The notes under the pieces are model-generated. The model was not told the DNA's origin and made no database searches. It worked only from the letters and a program-made list of their open reading frames with translations. A program made the translations under genes and the position numbers. From NCBI GenBank assembly GCA_001179505.1, contig CDMY01000398.1, forward strand, positions 23,405 to 87,404: DNA of 64,000 nt, given 5' to 3'. Positions 13,601 through 25,599 of this stretch are shown piece by piece. The stretch is from Vitrella brassicaformis CCMP3155 (Eukaryota > Protista > Chromerida). Numbering within the stretch: position 1 is the stretch's first letter; each line of letters opens with the position of its first letter.

Positions 13601-14180
13601 CTGAATGAGCGCTGTGACCATCTCGATGATATCGCCGGCTGCTGCCGCTCGAGCCGACGCCTGATGTACACACATAACAAAGGCGCAGGTCGAGCGTGTC
13701 TTTTTCCATCCGCGTGGCTGCATGAAACAACGTACCTGTGACGGGGGTCTCCTTGTCTTGTTAAGGTCCTGATCCTGATCCTGATCCTGTCGACGTCCAG
13801 AACGGCCGAGCAAAGACAGCGTCGACTCCTGCGCATGAGCCGAGAGAACGAAAGGTGATTGCGTAGGCTGGCATCATCGTGTGTGTCGCTCAGTCGCTGA
13901 CCCTCTGAATGTTGTAGTCCTGCAGGGTGTGGCCGGCGTCGAGCGGCTTCCCACCATAGATCAGCAGCTGCTGGGTGGACGGTATGCCCTCTTTCTCCTC
14001 AATCTTCGCCATGACGTCCGCAACCAGGGATAGAAGCTCGACGTCGAGCGTGCGCGTCTTGCCTGCATGAATAACACAACACAGCCAAAGAAGCAGGCGT
14101 GTGTTGTGTGTGTGGTGTGTCCGTGTGTGAGTCTGTATTGCGCAATGCGCACCACTGAAGTTCTTGTAGAAGATCTGCAT
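10616..14180 (-). CDS. Ubiquitin-like domain + helical/coiled-coil region + C-terminal C3HC4 RING (putative E3 ligase), about 20 short introns
   Basis: MQIFYKNFS|GKTRTLDVE..EGIPSTQQLLIYGGKPLDAGHTLQDYNIQR|ESTLSLLGRSG spliced into exons such as LQKRNKATEESMIREG and EEEVQARIERLRAEA, ending CQICYDRPTEVVLIPCRHKYFCRVCFERFKRGDSKCPTCR..PSS*. Some internal junctions and a possible upstream extension are uncertain. Confidence 0.75.
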
Positions 14181-15023
14181 ACTTGGCGGGGTACCCGACG
14201 GAAACCTAGTGCCGTCCTCCTCCCTCACGAAAGCAAGCCAACACCGGAAAACAAGGACAAGAAAAGGGAACAACGGGAACGAAAAGGAAGGTAAGACAAA
14301 GAAAAGGCTCAAAAAGGAGGCTGAGGGAAAGACAGATGCCCGATCGTCGAGACTGCGAGCTTGAACGTGCGTACGGTGCTCAGATCAAGGGGATAGACTC
14401 CCGAGGTTCTTCATCGACAAGTCAGTATGGTGCTTCCTCTCCCTGTCCCCCTCTGCGTTGTGAGCCTCCCCTATGCACCGCCAGAGTCTGACGTGGAGCT
14501 ATGCGAGGAGCTCTGGTGGATCTGGTGCCCGCTTCGTCGGGGGCCTTCCTGTATCTAAGTGATGAACCACGCCACTGACGATGATGCTGGTCGGGTGGAC
14601 GTGGCAAGAGTGCATCCCGCCGTCCCAAGGCCGTTTTACTGTCTGTTTCGCCTGGCTGTTTGTTCATCGCTCTTTGCTGTGTCTGGCTATGTTGCCGTGT
14701 GTGTGCGCCAGAGGAACGATGACTGGTCTGACTGTGTAGTGGGCTGTCGTCTGCTCTTTCCGTAAGTACTGTCCGGAGGGATCAATATTCAATGTAATTC
14801 TGCGTCTATGATCTGCCTCTGTGTGCTACGGGAGCCGGTTTGGCAGGAGTTCTGACTTAGCAGTCAGTAAAGGATGGATCTGGAAGACCAATGTGTGCCA
14901 GACACCCATTCAAAAACGTGCACAAACCACATCCCAGGCTAGCCAGCCATCCGAAGGCACACCCCGCATCCACCCCCCTCTCTCATCCACCCCCGACCAC
15001 AAACACATGGATCATGGAAGTGC

Positions 15024-15841
15024 TCACTTGCTGCTGCTGGCCGTGGGTTTGGCTCTGCTTTCGGCCTCCCCCTTCTTGAACGCGCTAACAAACTCCTTGC
15101 CAGCATCCAGACTCACATACTCCTCACCTACACACACAACCACGCAAGCACACACGCACCACGCCAGGTGTGCCATGTCGGTGTGTCGTTTTGTGTAGTG
15201 TACGCACCCTGCATGCCCTGCTCGCTGTAGTTGATGTCGTCGGCGGCCGCCTCGCCCATCAGCTTGGTCACCAGCGCCTTGAGCTCCTGCAGGAATAGCT
15301 GGTCTGCACACAACACACGCGGCACACAGCCATCCCGGCACGGTGTCTTACCAAGCCACACATCAAGCTCCCTGTCTGTCTGCCTATCCATCCATCCATC
15401 CATCCATCTCTCGCGCACCGACCCACTCACCCGTGTAGATGAGGCCGTATTCTTCAACCTGCCAGGAGCCAGTCTTGCCTGCAGGAATTACATATACACA
15501 ACACACCACGTGCAGAGCACCACATAAGTGCGTGTGTGCATACCCTTCTGCGTTTCGAATACGACCCACAGCTCGCCGAACTCGTCCACGCCCTCCTCGT
15601 CGCCACCAAACGTGTCTGCAGATCAGATCAGATGACGCTCGTACCACATCGCACCGTCTGCTTGTCAGATGTGACCGCTTACTCAGGTCGAGGCTGATGA
15701 CGCGGACGGCCTTCATCTTGGCGCTCCCTGCGACGAACAAACAACCGGCACGCACCGACCGTGTGTATGTTCGTGCTGTGGTACATCCTTACAGAAGCCA
15801 CTGCCATCGGTATGAAGCGTCACGACTTTCTCCAGCTTCAT
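15024..15841 (-). CDS. Small (~137 aa) six-exon protein of unknown function, resembling a bacteriophage hypothetical protein family
   Basis: Five GT-AG introns join in frame to MKLEKVVTLHTDGSGFWSAKMKAVRVISLDLNTFGGDEEGVDEFGELWVVFETQKGKTGSWQVEEYGLIYTDQLFLQELKALVTKLMGEAAADDINYSEQGMQGEEYVSLDAGKEFVSAFKKGEAESRAKPTASSSK. The gene model is seen in sequence; the phage resemblance is from recollection only. Confidence 0.8.
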
Positions 15842-16056
15842 CCTCACACACCGAGATGGAGATGGCCGGCAATCAGAGGGAGATCTTTGTTGCGACAGGG
15901 ACGTCAAGCCGGCGCGTCACGTCAGTTGAGATCTCAAAAGTGGAGGGAAGGTAAATTCACGAGCCATTGCAGTCCCCTCCAGTCCTCCGTGGCCGCACAG
16001 CGCCTGTCATCCTGTCTGTCTACCTGCTTGTCTGTCTGTCAGTCTGTGTCTGTGTG

Positions 16057-17284
16057 TCATGATGCGAGTCCGAGCATAGTCAGCACTTGCACAAACAGCT
16101 CGGAGGAAAACACAGACAGAGACCAAACCTCACCCGCAGCCTGCACGGTGGATGGACACACATACGCATCCATCCGTCACACAGAGGCATCTTTTGTGTC
16201 CCAGCCAGGGGGGCTGTGCGTGTGCCTGTGTGGCCTGCCTGACCCAGTAAGTGAGTGATAGTATTCTGAGTCGCTTGAGTATGATGTAGCAGCACACGGC
16301 CACGAAGAACAGAAAGGCGTACCAAATGAAGGTGCTGTCCATCTCAGTCCTGCACACACCACACACACACACACTTATCAGCATGCGCTCGCCTGTCTTG
16401 TCGGATGGCTCACTTTCGTTTCAGTTTGCTGAGCAGCGCCCCGGCCTTTTGCAGGCGCTGCCCATACGCTGCACTCAAGACAGACAGGGCAACCCACCAG
16501 CCATCATCACGCCACACGCCCTTCAGCGGCCATTGCATGCAGCTCCAAACGCATCCCTACCTGAGTAGGCCTCATCTGTGTTGCCGATGGTCGTCGAGCC
16601 ATGATCTGTGACACATATAACACACACACACACAGCAGAGATCACGATACACACCAACAGCAAGTGTGTCGGTCGGTCATATGCTGGCTTGCTCACCGAG
16701 TGCCTCTGTGACCTGGTGCATTCTCTGCAGTTCCGTCTGCATCATCTGGCGGGTCTCACGCAGCCCACTCCTCAACTCCTCATCCCCACCACCGATGCGC
16801 TGACGGGGCGCCCCCGATGCTGATGCCGATGCTGATGCTGACGCCGACCCGCCGCTGCCCGCCAGCAAATTGGTCCGCCGGCTCTCCGACAGGTGCTGCT
16901 GCACCATGCCGTACCAACGACGAAGCTGATCCTCATACCTGTGCATGGCAACACACGAGCACATTGGATCAGGGCATTATCCCATCGAACGCGCCTACCT
17001 GGCGATTTGCTTCGCTGCCCTCTCGTGCTCTTCTGGCGTGGCGCCGTGCTCCCTCGCCAAGGCCCTCTGTAGCTGCGCAATCTGCTCCCGCAGGCTCCTG
17101 CAAACAAACAGATAACACACACAAGGGTCAGCCTCTGTCTTCACCTGATGGATTGCATATCCGTTGCGTACTGTCGTGTGGCCTCTGCGACATCTGGAGC
17201 GACGGCTGCGGGCGAGGGGAGGGCAGAGAGCGCCTCAAACAGGCTCTGGTCCAACGATGCGACACTCTGCATCGATGTCAACAT
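16057..17284 (-). CDS. SEC20: Sec20/BNIP1-like ER SNARE
   Basis: Coiled coil ELRSGLRETRQMMQTELQRMHQVTEALDHGSTTIGNTDEAY..AYGQRLQKAGALLSKLKRK followed by TM DSTFIWYAFLFFVAVCCYIILKRL, the Sec20 layout. Confidence 0.75.
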
Positions 17285-17502
17285 GTCGGGATGGCAGATC
17301 CGGGGAGCCGAACAGATGGACGGCTGGAACAGATGGCATGCAAGCGATTAGGGTTCGGGTTTCAGGGTTTTGGGCAAGGTTCGAGGTTTTCGCGAGAAAA
17401 GCAAAAGAATCCCCAGCGGTCTATCAGCACGTGCGGCATGTTTGCATCTGCATCATTAGCCGCTGAGGGCCTCACAGGTGCGCAGACATCAAATGAGATC
17501 TC

Positions 17503-20500
17503 ATGATGCCTGCACGCCCTGACGCAGCTGACCTCCACGGTGCTTTGCTGTATGTGGTGTGGTGTGGTATAGAGGAGGTCACTCATCCGCAGCGTCGTGC
17601 AATGGACCACGACGATCGCGATGACCGCGGGGCTCGTCCACAGGTCAGCCAATCAGTCATCATCATGACACTCACGGTTCTCCAATTCCCTGCTGCATCT
17701 GTGTGGTCTTGGTGGTGTAACAGTCGGCGGCAAGTGTGGATGATGCCCTTGATCAGCTTGGGAAGGAGAAGCACCGCATCGACACACTCTACCGCACCAT
17801 ACAATCACAAGTGAGTTGAGTAAGTGAGGGTAGACCTGGCCGTGATAGGCGCGTGATGGCATGTGTGTATCGTGATGTTTGTGTGTTGTCAGTTGGCGGC
17901 TCAGCGTGCCTCCCTGACGGCCGGCGATGTGGGTGAGGTGCTGGGCCACATCACGCGAGGCGGTGATTGTCTGAAGGAGGCCGCCGAATATCTGAGCGGG
18001 CTGACTGACACTGACGCACAAGGCGGAGTGACAGAGGTGCGTGAAGACGAGTGGTCTCCATCGACCACACACACGTCAATGTGTGTGTGTGTGTTTGTGT
18101 TGTGTGTGCATCGATCAGGGTGACGGCAGTGGGCGTACAGCAGTGGCGGCCGTCGAGGGGCCTCACAATGCAGCTCATGGAGCGTCCATGGCGGTATGTG
18201 TGTGCATCGAGGCCAGCGGCTTGGAATGAGTTCCGTTTATCAGATGCTCGCTCTGTGTGATTGATCAGGTAGCAGTTGTGTCGGATAGCAAGCGGGCCCG
18301 ATTGGATGGTCACTCAGACCATCCTGCTGCTGCTGCTGCAAGTGGAGGTGGGGGGCGACACAGAGCATGGACCACACAGATCAGACGCACTCAATGCCCT
18401 CTCTGTTTGATTCTTGTCAGGTGGTGTGTCGGGCGTCTCTGAGCAAGATGAGCAAAGCCAAAACGAGCAGCACCACAACCACCAGCAGCAGGTCAGGCAG
18501 ACAGCACACGGGGCCGGCCCAGGCAGCAACCAATGAACGGCAGGCTCGTTGACGGCCTTATGTTTTCTGTCCATCTTTGTGTGTACGTGTGTGTCAGGTT
18601 GTGTGTGGGGCGTGTTTGTGTAGCCTTGAGGGCCCGTTGGTGTGCGAGATGGCCTATTTCCTCACCACCATCGAGGCCACCGTCCTCTGTCTTCTCAACA
18701 AGGACATTAACAGCAAGGCCGACTACACCGCCAACACGTCCACCACCACCGAGGGCAAGACCGACGACGCTCCATTCGGCATATACCGCAACCTGACAAT
18801 CGCAAAGGAGGAGTGCGAGACGTGGGCGAACCTCAACCAGCCCACACGCGCACGCCTGCAGAACAAACTGGTGAGGCACAGTGTGCGGTCATTGTGTCGC
18901 CTCACATTCACCCGTTTGTCTGTCGATGTGGTGTCTGTGTGGTCGTTCAGGGCAACGTCACGACGGCTCGCATCGCGTGGCCCATCGACGACCTCCCCCG
19001 GCGCGGGCGGTCCTCAGGCAGGAGCGGCGGGCGGCTGGTGGTCGGGTGTCTGGCGGCATCAAAGTCGTCCCTGGAGGAATTGCACATCACAGGATCGGGG
19101 CGTTACGGCAGCAACCCCGATCGGCTGCCTGATGTCGTGTTCCCCAAGCTGAGGCTGCTCGACACATCATTCGGATGCCGCAGCTACTTCAGGTGAGAGG
19201 GAGTAGGGCTGATGATCGATTTGAAATGTCCGTCGGGACGTTCTGTCCATCTCGCCATCTGTCTGCTTTGCCTATCCGTCACTCAGGGAGTCAAACTGGA
19301 CCTTTCCGAGCCTCGTCGACTTGCGGGTCAGCACCACGACGGACAGATCCCTTCCCGACGTCACCCACATCGTGCGGTCGGCCCCCCAGCTGCGCACACT
19401 CACAACGGCCAACAACAGCTGGGACAAGATCGACGGCAGGGGCAGCGACTGGTGTGAGTTCGCCAGTGCCCTTGGGCAGTGCCCTCACTTGACGACCATC
19501 CGCGGGCTGGCCATCGGGGGCATCCGCGGGCTGCCTGATTTGCAGAAGGCCCTCGACACCCACTGGGGCAAAGAGGAGAACCGAGGTAGGCAGGTGGGCT
19601 CAGATGGGCAGACAGCCAGCCAGGCAATGCACGTCCTGCGCTCCTCTTCCTGCTTTCATGTTGCATCCCTGCCTCCCATCGTGTAGGTGTCAAGAAGACC
19701 ATCGAGTTCCAGTACGACAACCCCACCATCAGCTGCACCTTCGGCGACGAAACCCGTCCCCTGCACACCTTCCTCACATGGGCGCGACGAGTCGGCGTGT
19801 CCATCGAGTGGCGGCACGGCGGGAACGGCACGGTGGGCTGCATCAGGATGGATTGCAGCAAGGGTGCGTCGAGCTCTATGGCCCCTCCTGCCGTGCGTGG
19901 CCCCGTGGCTGACGTGGTCAAGCAGATGGCGTCCCAGACAGAGATAGTAAGTCGGATGACAGTGAGTAGCATCCTTCCACCCATCTATCTATCGTGTTGT
20001 ACACGCCATGGCTGCCTGTGTGCCTCAGGTGGACTTGTATTTGGGCGGGAGCCGACTCCACGACTCATGGAAGGACCTCCTCCATTTTCCTGCCGCAGAC
20101 ATGCTCTCAATCGTGGACACCGCAGACCCGCAGGAGGTCATCGAGAGCATCCCCAAATGGCTGCTGGAGGTCGATGAGGCCGGCAACAACGTGCGCTTAC
20201 CCAAGATAGACTACCTCGATACCTCGATGGGGTTTGTGGGCGATGAGGATGCCCCGCCTGCAGAGGCCTGGCACTTGCCGGCCGCCCCCAACGCACTCAC
20301 TACACTGCTAGGCAGCCTGCGGATGGTCACCTCAGTCTGCTTCAACACGTCTAGTTTGTCCGCCGTGTGTGAGAGCCTGCCACACATAAGCGTCGACAAA
20401 CTAGATACGTTGGAGGTCCGTGTGGGCTCGCATCTCACTGCACTGCCTGCCCCCACCCCCCAGTACACACTGCCGTCTGTGCACCGCCTTGTCGTCTCGA

Positions 20501-20943
20501 CAAATAATGACGTGGTGTGGCCTGCAATGAGCAAGGCAGCTGCGTTGTCGTGTATGCGTTTTGCCTCACTCACTCATGCACACAAGGCAGAGTTTGAGTT
20601 TCACATAGCGTCAGACCAGTTTGACTTCTACCGGGACTATGGGGAGCTAGAGGGAGGGGCGGGAGATGAAGATGAGGATGACGATGAGGATGCTGCATGG
20701 GAGCGAGAGATGGAGCTGCGCCGGGCCATGGAGCAGCATGGCAAGGGTTGCATGCGCGCGTTGGCCACTGAGTGCTATGAGGTAGTCAAGGGAGGATACC
20801 AGCTGACTGACGTAGACGTCGGCTGTGACGTGGAATACAGCGAGACCACGATGCAGCTGGTGTCCTACGGCCGTTTGCAGCTGAAGGTGTTAGCCAAGGG
20901 TGCCATAGCAGGGGGCGAGGACAGAGGGGTCATGACCGACTAA
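17503..20943 (+). CDS. Lineage-specific F-box-like / degenerate LRR protein; 5' exons uncertain, 18600-20943 well supported
   Basis: PLVCEMAYFLTTIEATVLCLLNK (F-box-like), then exons with LEELHITG, VFPKLRLLD, APQLRTLT, CPHLTTIRGL and a 300-aa last exon with an acidic patch; consistent GT-AG phases. Confidence 0.65.
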
Positions 20944-21610
20944 CTCGGTCCACGCTCACTGACTGACTGGCTGACTGGCTGACTGACTCACTCACTCGCT
21001 GCTGACTTCTACTACAGACTCACTCATGTGGATCTGTCTGGCTGTGGATGAAATGTCCGTGTGCATGCAATGTGCACTCGAGTGGAATCTGTGCATGCGA
21101 GGTGTGTGGTTGCTCGGCTGCAATGATGAATGGACCTCTCTCGCAGTGGCGTGCGCGCACGTACTCCGTCGTTTGTTGATGGACTGTTCATAGGCCTGTG
21201 TGACGATGGCCATTGGCGGCTCCCACGCACTCACACACGTCTGATTTATTGTCCTACCAGGAGAACCATCCAATGACCTCACTCCCTTACAACGTGACGC
21301 CTACGAGAAACCACACGGCTGGCCGGGCAGGTCGAGATGGATGCGGCTTCCACCTGCGCACACCGATTGTGCACATGATGAACAAGAGCTGCCCAGCAAA
21401 GTGTTGCCAGGAAGTAAATTTCCATTTCGGCGAGAATTTGAGACGGAGACGGCAAACACGCGGAGATGGGATTCTCTCTGTTCTTCGCTTCGGCCGAGTC
21501 AGCACACAGCAGAACGTTCTCTTTTCTCTCTGCTGGTTGCTTCATTTGCGCTTCGCAAAGTCTTTCTCACATCGATTCCGTCTCATCGTGCTGTGCCTGC
21601 CGGTGCGAAG

Positions 21611-22251
21611 ATGGCAGTGGCCGCGGTGACGAGCATCGACTGGCTGTTCGACGAGGTGGCGGAGGAGAGGGCGAGGGAGTGCCTGGAGGAGGAGGGACTG
21701 TTCGCGTGCTGGGGCCGCGGGCACCCGACCTGCGACACCTGCATGGCCAAGCAGAGGGTGAGCTTAATATAAGATGCCAGAATAGGCAGGCCCTTGAAAT
21801 GCTCTCTGCCTCCTCTCATTCGTCGGCCCTGTGGTTGCTACTGTGTGGTGTGCAACAGGCCGCGTGGCACCGCCGGCAGATGCTGGAGCAGTTGGAGGTT
21901 GAGGTCTCGTACGCCAAGCCAGCCAAGGAGCACAAGTTCAACAACGCCCTGCCTGCCATGCCGGTCGGCAACCTCCACTACCCCCCAAGTGCCCCCACCA
22001 CGAGCACACACAAGACGACCACCCACCACACGGCCGGCAGCAACCGCACGTCAGACGAGACGGGCAGCGAGGGCTCGGCCACGTGGGTGTCCATCAACCT
22101 CAACGAGAACGATGGCACGAGTGCCACTGACCAGACAAGCAGCGCATGCCCGCTGCTGCAGGACGCCTGGCTGGCCGTCAAGGGCGCGTGGGAAGGGGTG
22201 ACCAAGATGGTGGCCGGCTGCTGCTGCACCAACCTCACCAACGTGGCATAG
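21611..22251 (+). CDS. Two-exon hypothetical protein with N-terminal C/H cluster and C-terminal CCC
   Basis: MAVAAVTSIDWLFDEVAEERARECLEEEGLFACWGRGHPTCDTCMAKQR|gtgag..cag|AAWHRRQMLEQLEVE..VAGCCCTNLTNVA*. Confidence 0.65.
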
Positions 22252-23197
22252 ACAGTCCGGCGTGGGGGTGGGTAGTGGGCCGTAGACCAGTAGACAGACA
22301 GAGTGATAAGGAGGGATGGATGGAGTAGCGCCGCGGTGGACAAAGTGATAAGGATGGAGGGAAGGGGGGTGGACAGACAGAGTGATAAGGATGGAGGGGG
22401 TGGATGGGCTCTTCTTCGTTTCTTTCTCTCTCTCTGTCTCTCTGTCTCTCTGTCTCTCTGTCTCTCTGTTTCTGTATGTGTGTGTGGTCCTGCCGACCGA
22501 CAAGGGCCTTGGCCATTTCTCGCTCCACTGTCGTCTCTTTGGGCTGTTTGGGTTGGCGTCTCGTCTTTGTACCTCTCTGTCTCGTCTCTCTCTCTACGTG
22601 TGTGGTGGTGGTTGTCTGGTGGAGGGGGGGAGTTTTGAGTGGGTCCTGTCTGCTGCTGCCTCTCCTCTACACCTCTCTCTGTCTCCCCTGGTCTGTGTGT
22701 CTGTTTTTTCCCAGTGTCTGCCCTGTGTGTGTGCACTGTGAGTCCTAAGGGGCCTGTGGTGGTGGGGGGGGAGAGTTCACTGGACGGCAGCCATTCTTCG
22801 CCGACACTCCATACCTGGTAAGTGAAACACAGCGAATGGATCTTGGGTGGATGCATGGGTACATCTGTCTGTCTGTCTGTCTGTGTGCGATGTGTTTGTG
22901 AATGAATGCATTCAGGTTGTGTGAGCCGTCACGTCTACGACCACCTGGCAGACACCCCAATGTCACGGACTGACTGACTGACACACCACTACATGTAACC
23001 CCGGGCGCACCACAGACAGGTGAGTGAGTGGGTACAGTAGGTGGGGGAGACAGACAAGGAAGGCACCGACCAACACACACTGTCCGAGAGGGCAAATGGA
23101 TGGATGGACGGCCGCTTCCCTTGGTGGTGTGTGGTCCCATTAGGTGGACGTCCGCATAATACATACTGAGCTCTACAGCCGTGACCCAGACAGGTCA

Positions 23198-23575
23198 ACC
23201 GAACGGCTTCATCTAGCTGTCCTGGTGGGCAGTAAACACATACATAGCACACCAGGGAGGGAGGCCTTCATGTCTGCATCTCTCAAGATTGTGTCTCTGC
23301 TCACTTACAGGCGTGACGCCAATTGTCCACCCACTGCCCTGACCAACCGAACGGCTTCATCTAGCTGTCCTGGTGGGCAGTAAACACATACATAGCACAC
23401 CAGGGAGGGAGGCCTTCATGTCTGCATCTCTCAAGATTGTGTCTCTGCTCACTTACAGGCGTGACGCCAATTGTCCACCCACTGCCCTGACCAACCGAAC
23501 GGCTTCATCTAGCTGTCCTGGTGGGCAGTAAACACACAGCACACAGTACAGAGGCCTTCATGTCTGTCTGTCTGT
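23198..23575. repeat. Tandem repeat, 148-bp unit, about 2.5 copies
   Basis: accgaacggcttcatctagctgtcctggtgggcagtaaacac recurs at 23198, 23346 and 23494; the first two units appear identical. Confidence 0.95.
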
Positions 23576-23699
23576 CTGTGTGTCTCGCTCTTTTCTGTCC
23601 TTGCTTGCTCACAGGCATGACACCCATTCGCCATTTCTCGCTCCACTGTCGTCTCTTCTGGTTACTTGGGTCACCTGGTCGTCTCTCTGTCTTTCTATC

Positions 23700-23734
<35 letters not shown>

Positions 23735-24155
23735 ACGTGTGTGTATGAGGGAGCTGTTGGGCTGACTGACTGACTGGCGGACCGGTACTTGTTTTTGAAT
23801 GTGAATGTGTACACTACCCATGGCAGCTGAGCTGTATGTAATGATATTACACCCACACCGAACTAATGTCATGCCGCCCCATGAGCACTGGAGCACAGCC
23901 ATCCCATCAACACGTAGATTGAATCCCACACGTGTGCACACGGGCCACTCAGTCAGTTAGTCGTCCATATACAACTCTATCTGGCCGCCTCCGCTGCCCA
24001 TCTCCCTCCCGTCTCACCCTCCACTAACTACATGCTGCCCCTCTCTGGTGCCTCAGGTCCATGGGCAAGAGGCCTCTGACCGCCGGCCTCCGCGAGGCGG
24101 CACCACCGTGGGCTGGCACCAACACTACTCGACGCCCAACCACCCCCACCAACAG

Positions 24156-25124
<969 letters not shown>

Positions 25125-25599
25125 TCAAAGCGTCATCATAGCCAAGCTGATCTTCGCTGAAAAACAGGGGAGGGGAGGTTTCGACCAGGAGCGGGTCTTT
25201 GTGCGACCGTTAGCCGAGCTTGAGTTTTCGTCGTGCCCTTAACCACCACGCACAATGCGTTAACACAATGACCAACCAACCATCCATGCAGTATTAGTTT
25301 TCTGCCAACCCGTCAACAAATCGCACCTCTCTGCCTGCCCGCCCGCCTCCCTGCCTGCCTGCCTCCCTGTCTGTCTGTCTGTCGACCAACGTCTGATCTG
25401 ATCACACCCCAGGCTCTGCCTCGTCCCCGCTCTTGCAGACGAGCTGAGGGTCACATCCGGTGTCGCTCGCCGGCTGCGAATGTCCTGCAGCCCTATCAGC
25501 GGTAGGAACGAGAAGATAGACACAGGGGCATCGTTGATCTCTGTCTGGGTGCATGTGTTCTGCCTGTGCAGGCGTTTTTCATCCACGTCCGTCGCCGGC

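Noticed and set aside
13890-14312. Stand-alone ubiquitin/NEDD8-like gene ending QRVSD*
   Set aside because: A GT-AG intron restores ESTLSLL and continues in frame, so it is better read as the N-terminal domain of the larger gene.
23198-23575. CRISPR-like or transposon interpretation of the 148-bp repeat
   Set aside because: Units are contiguous with no unique spacers, and there are no terminal inverted repeats, target-site duplications or transposase/RT ORFs anywhere in the window.
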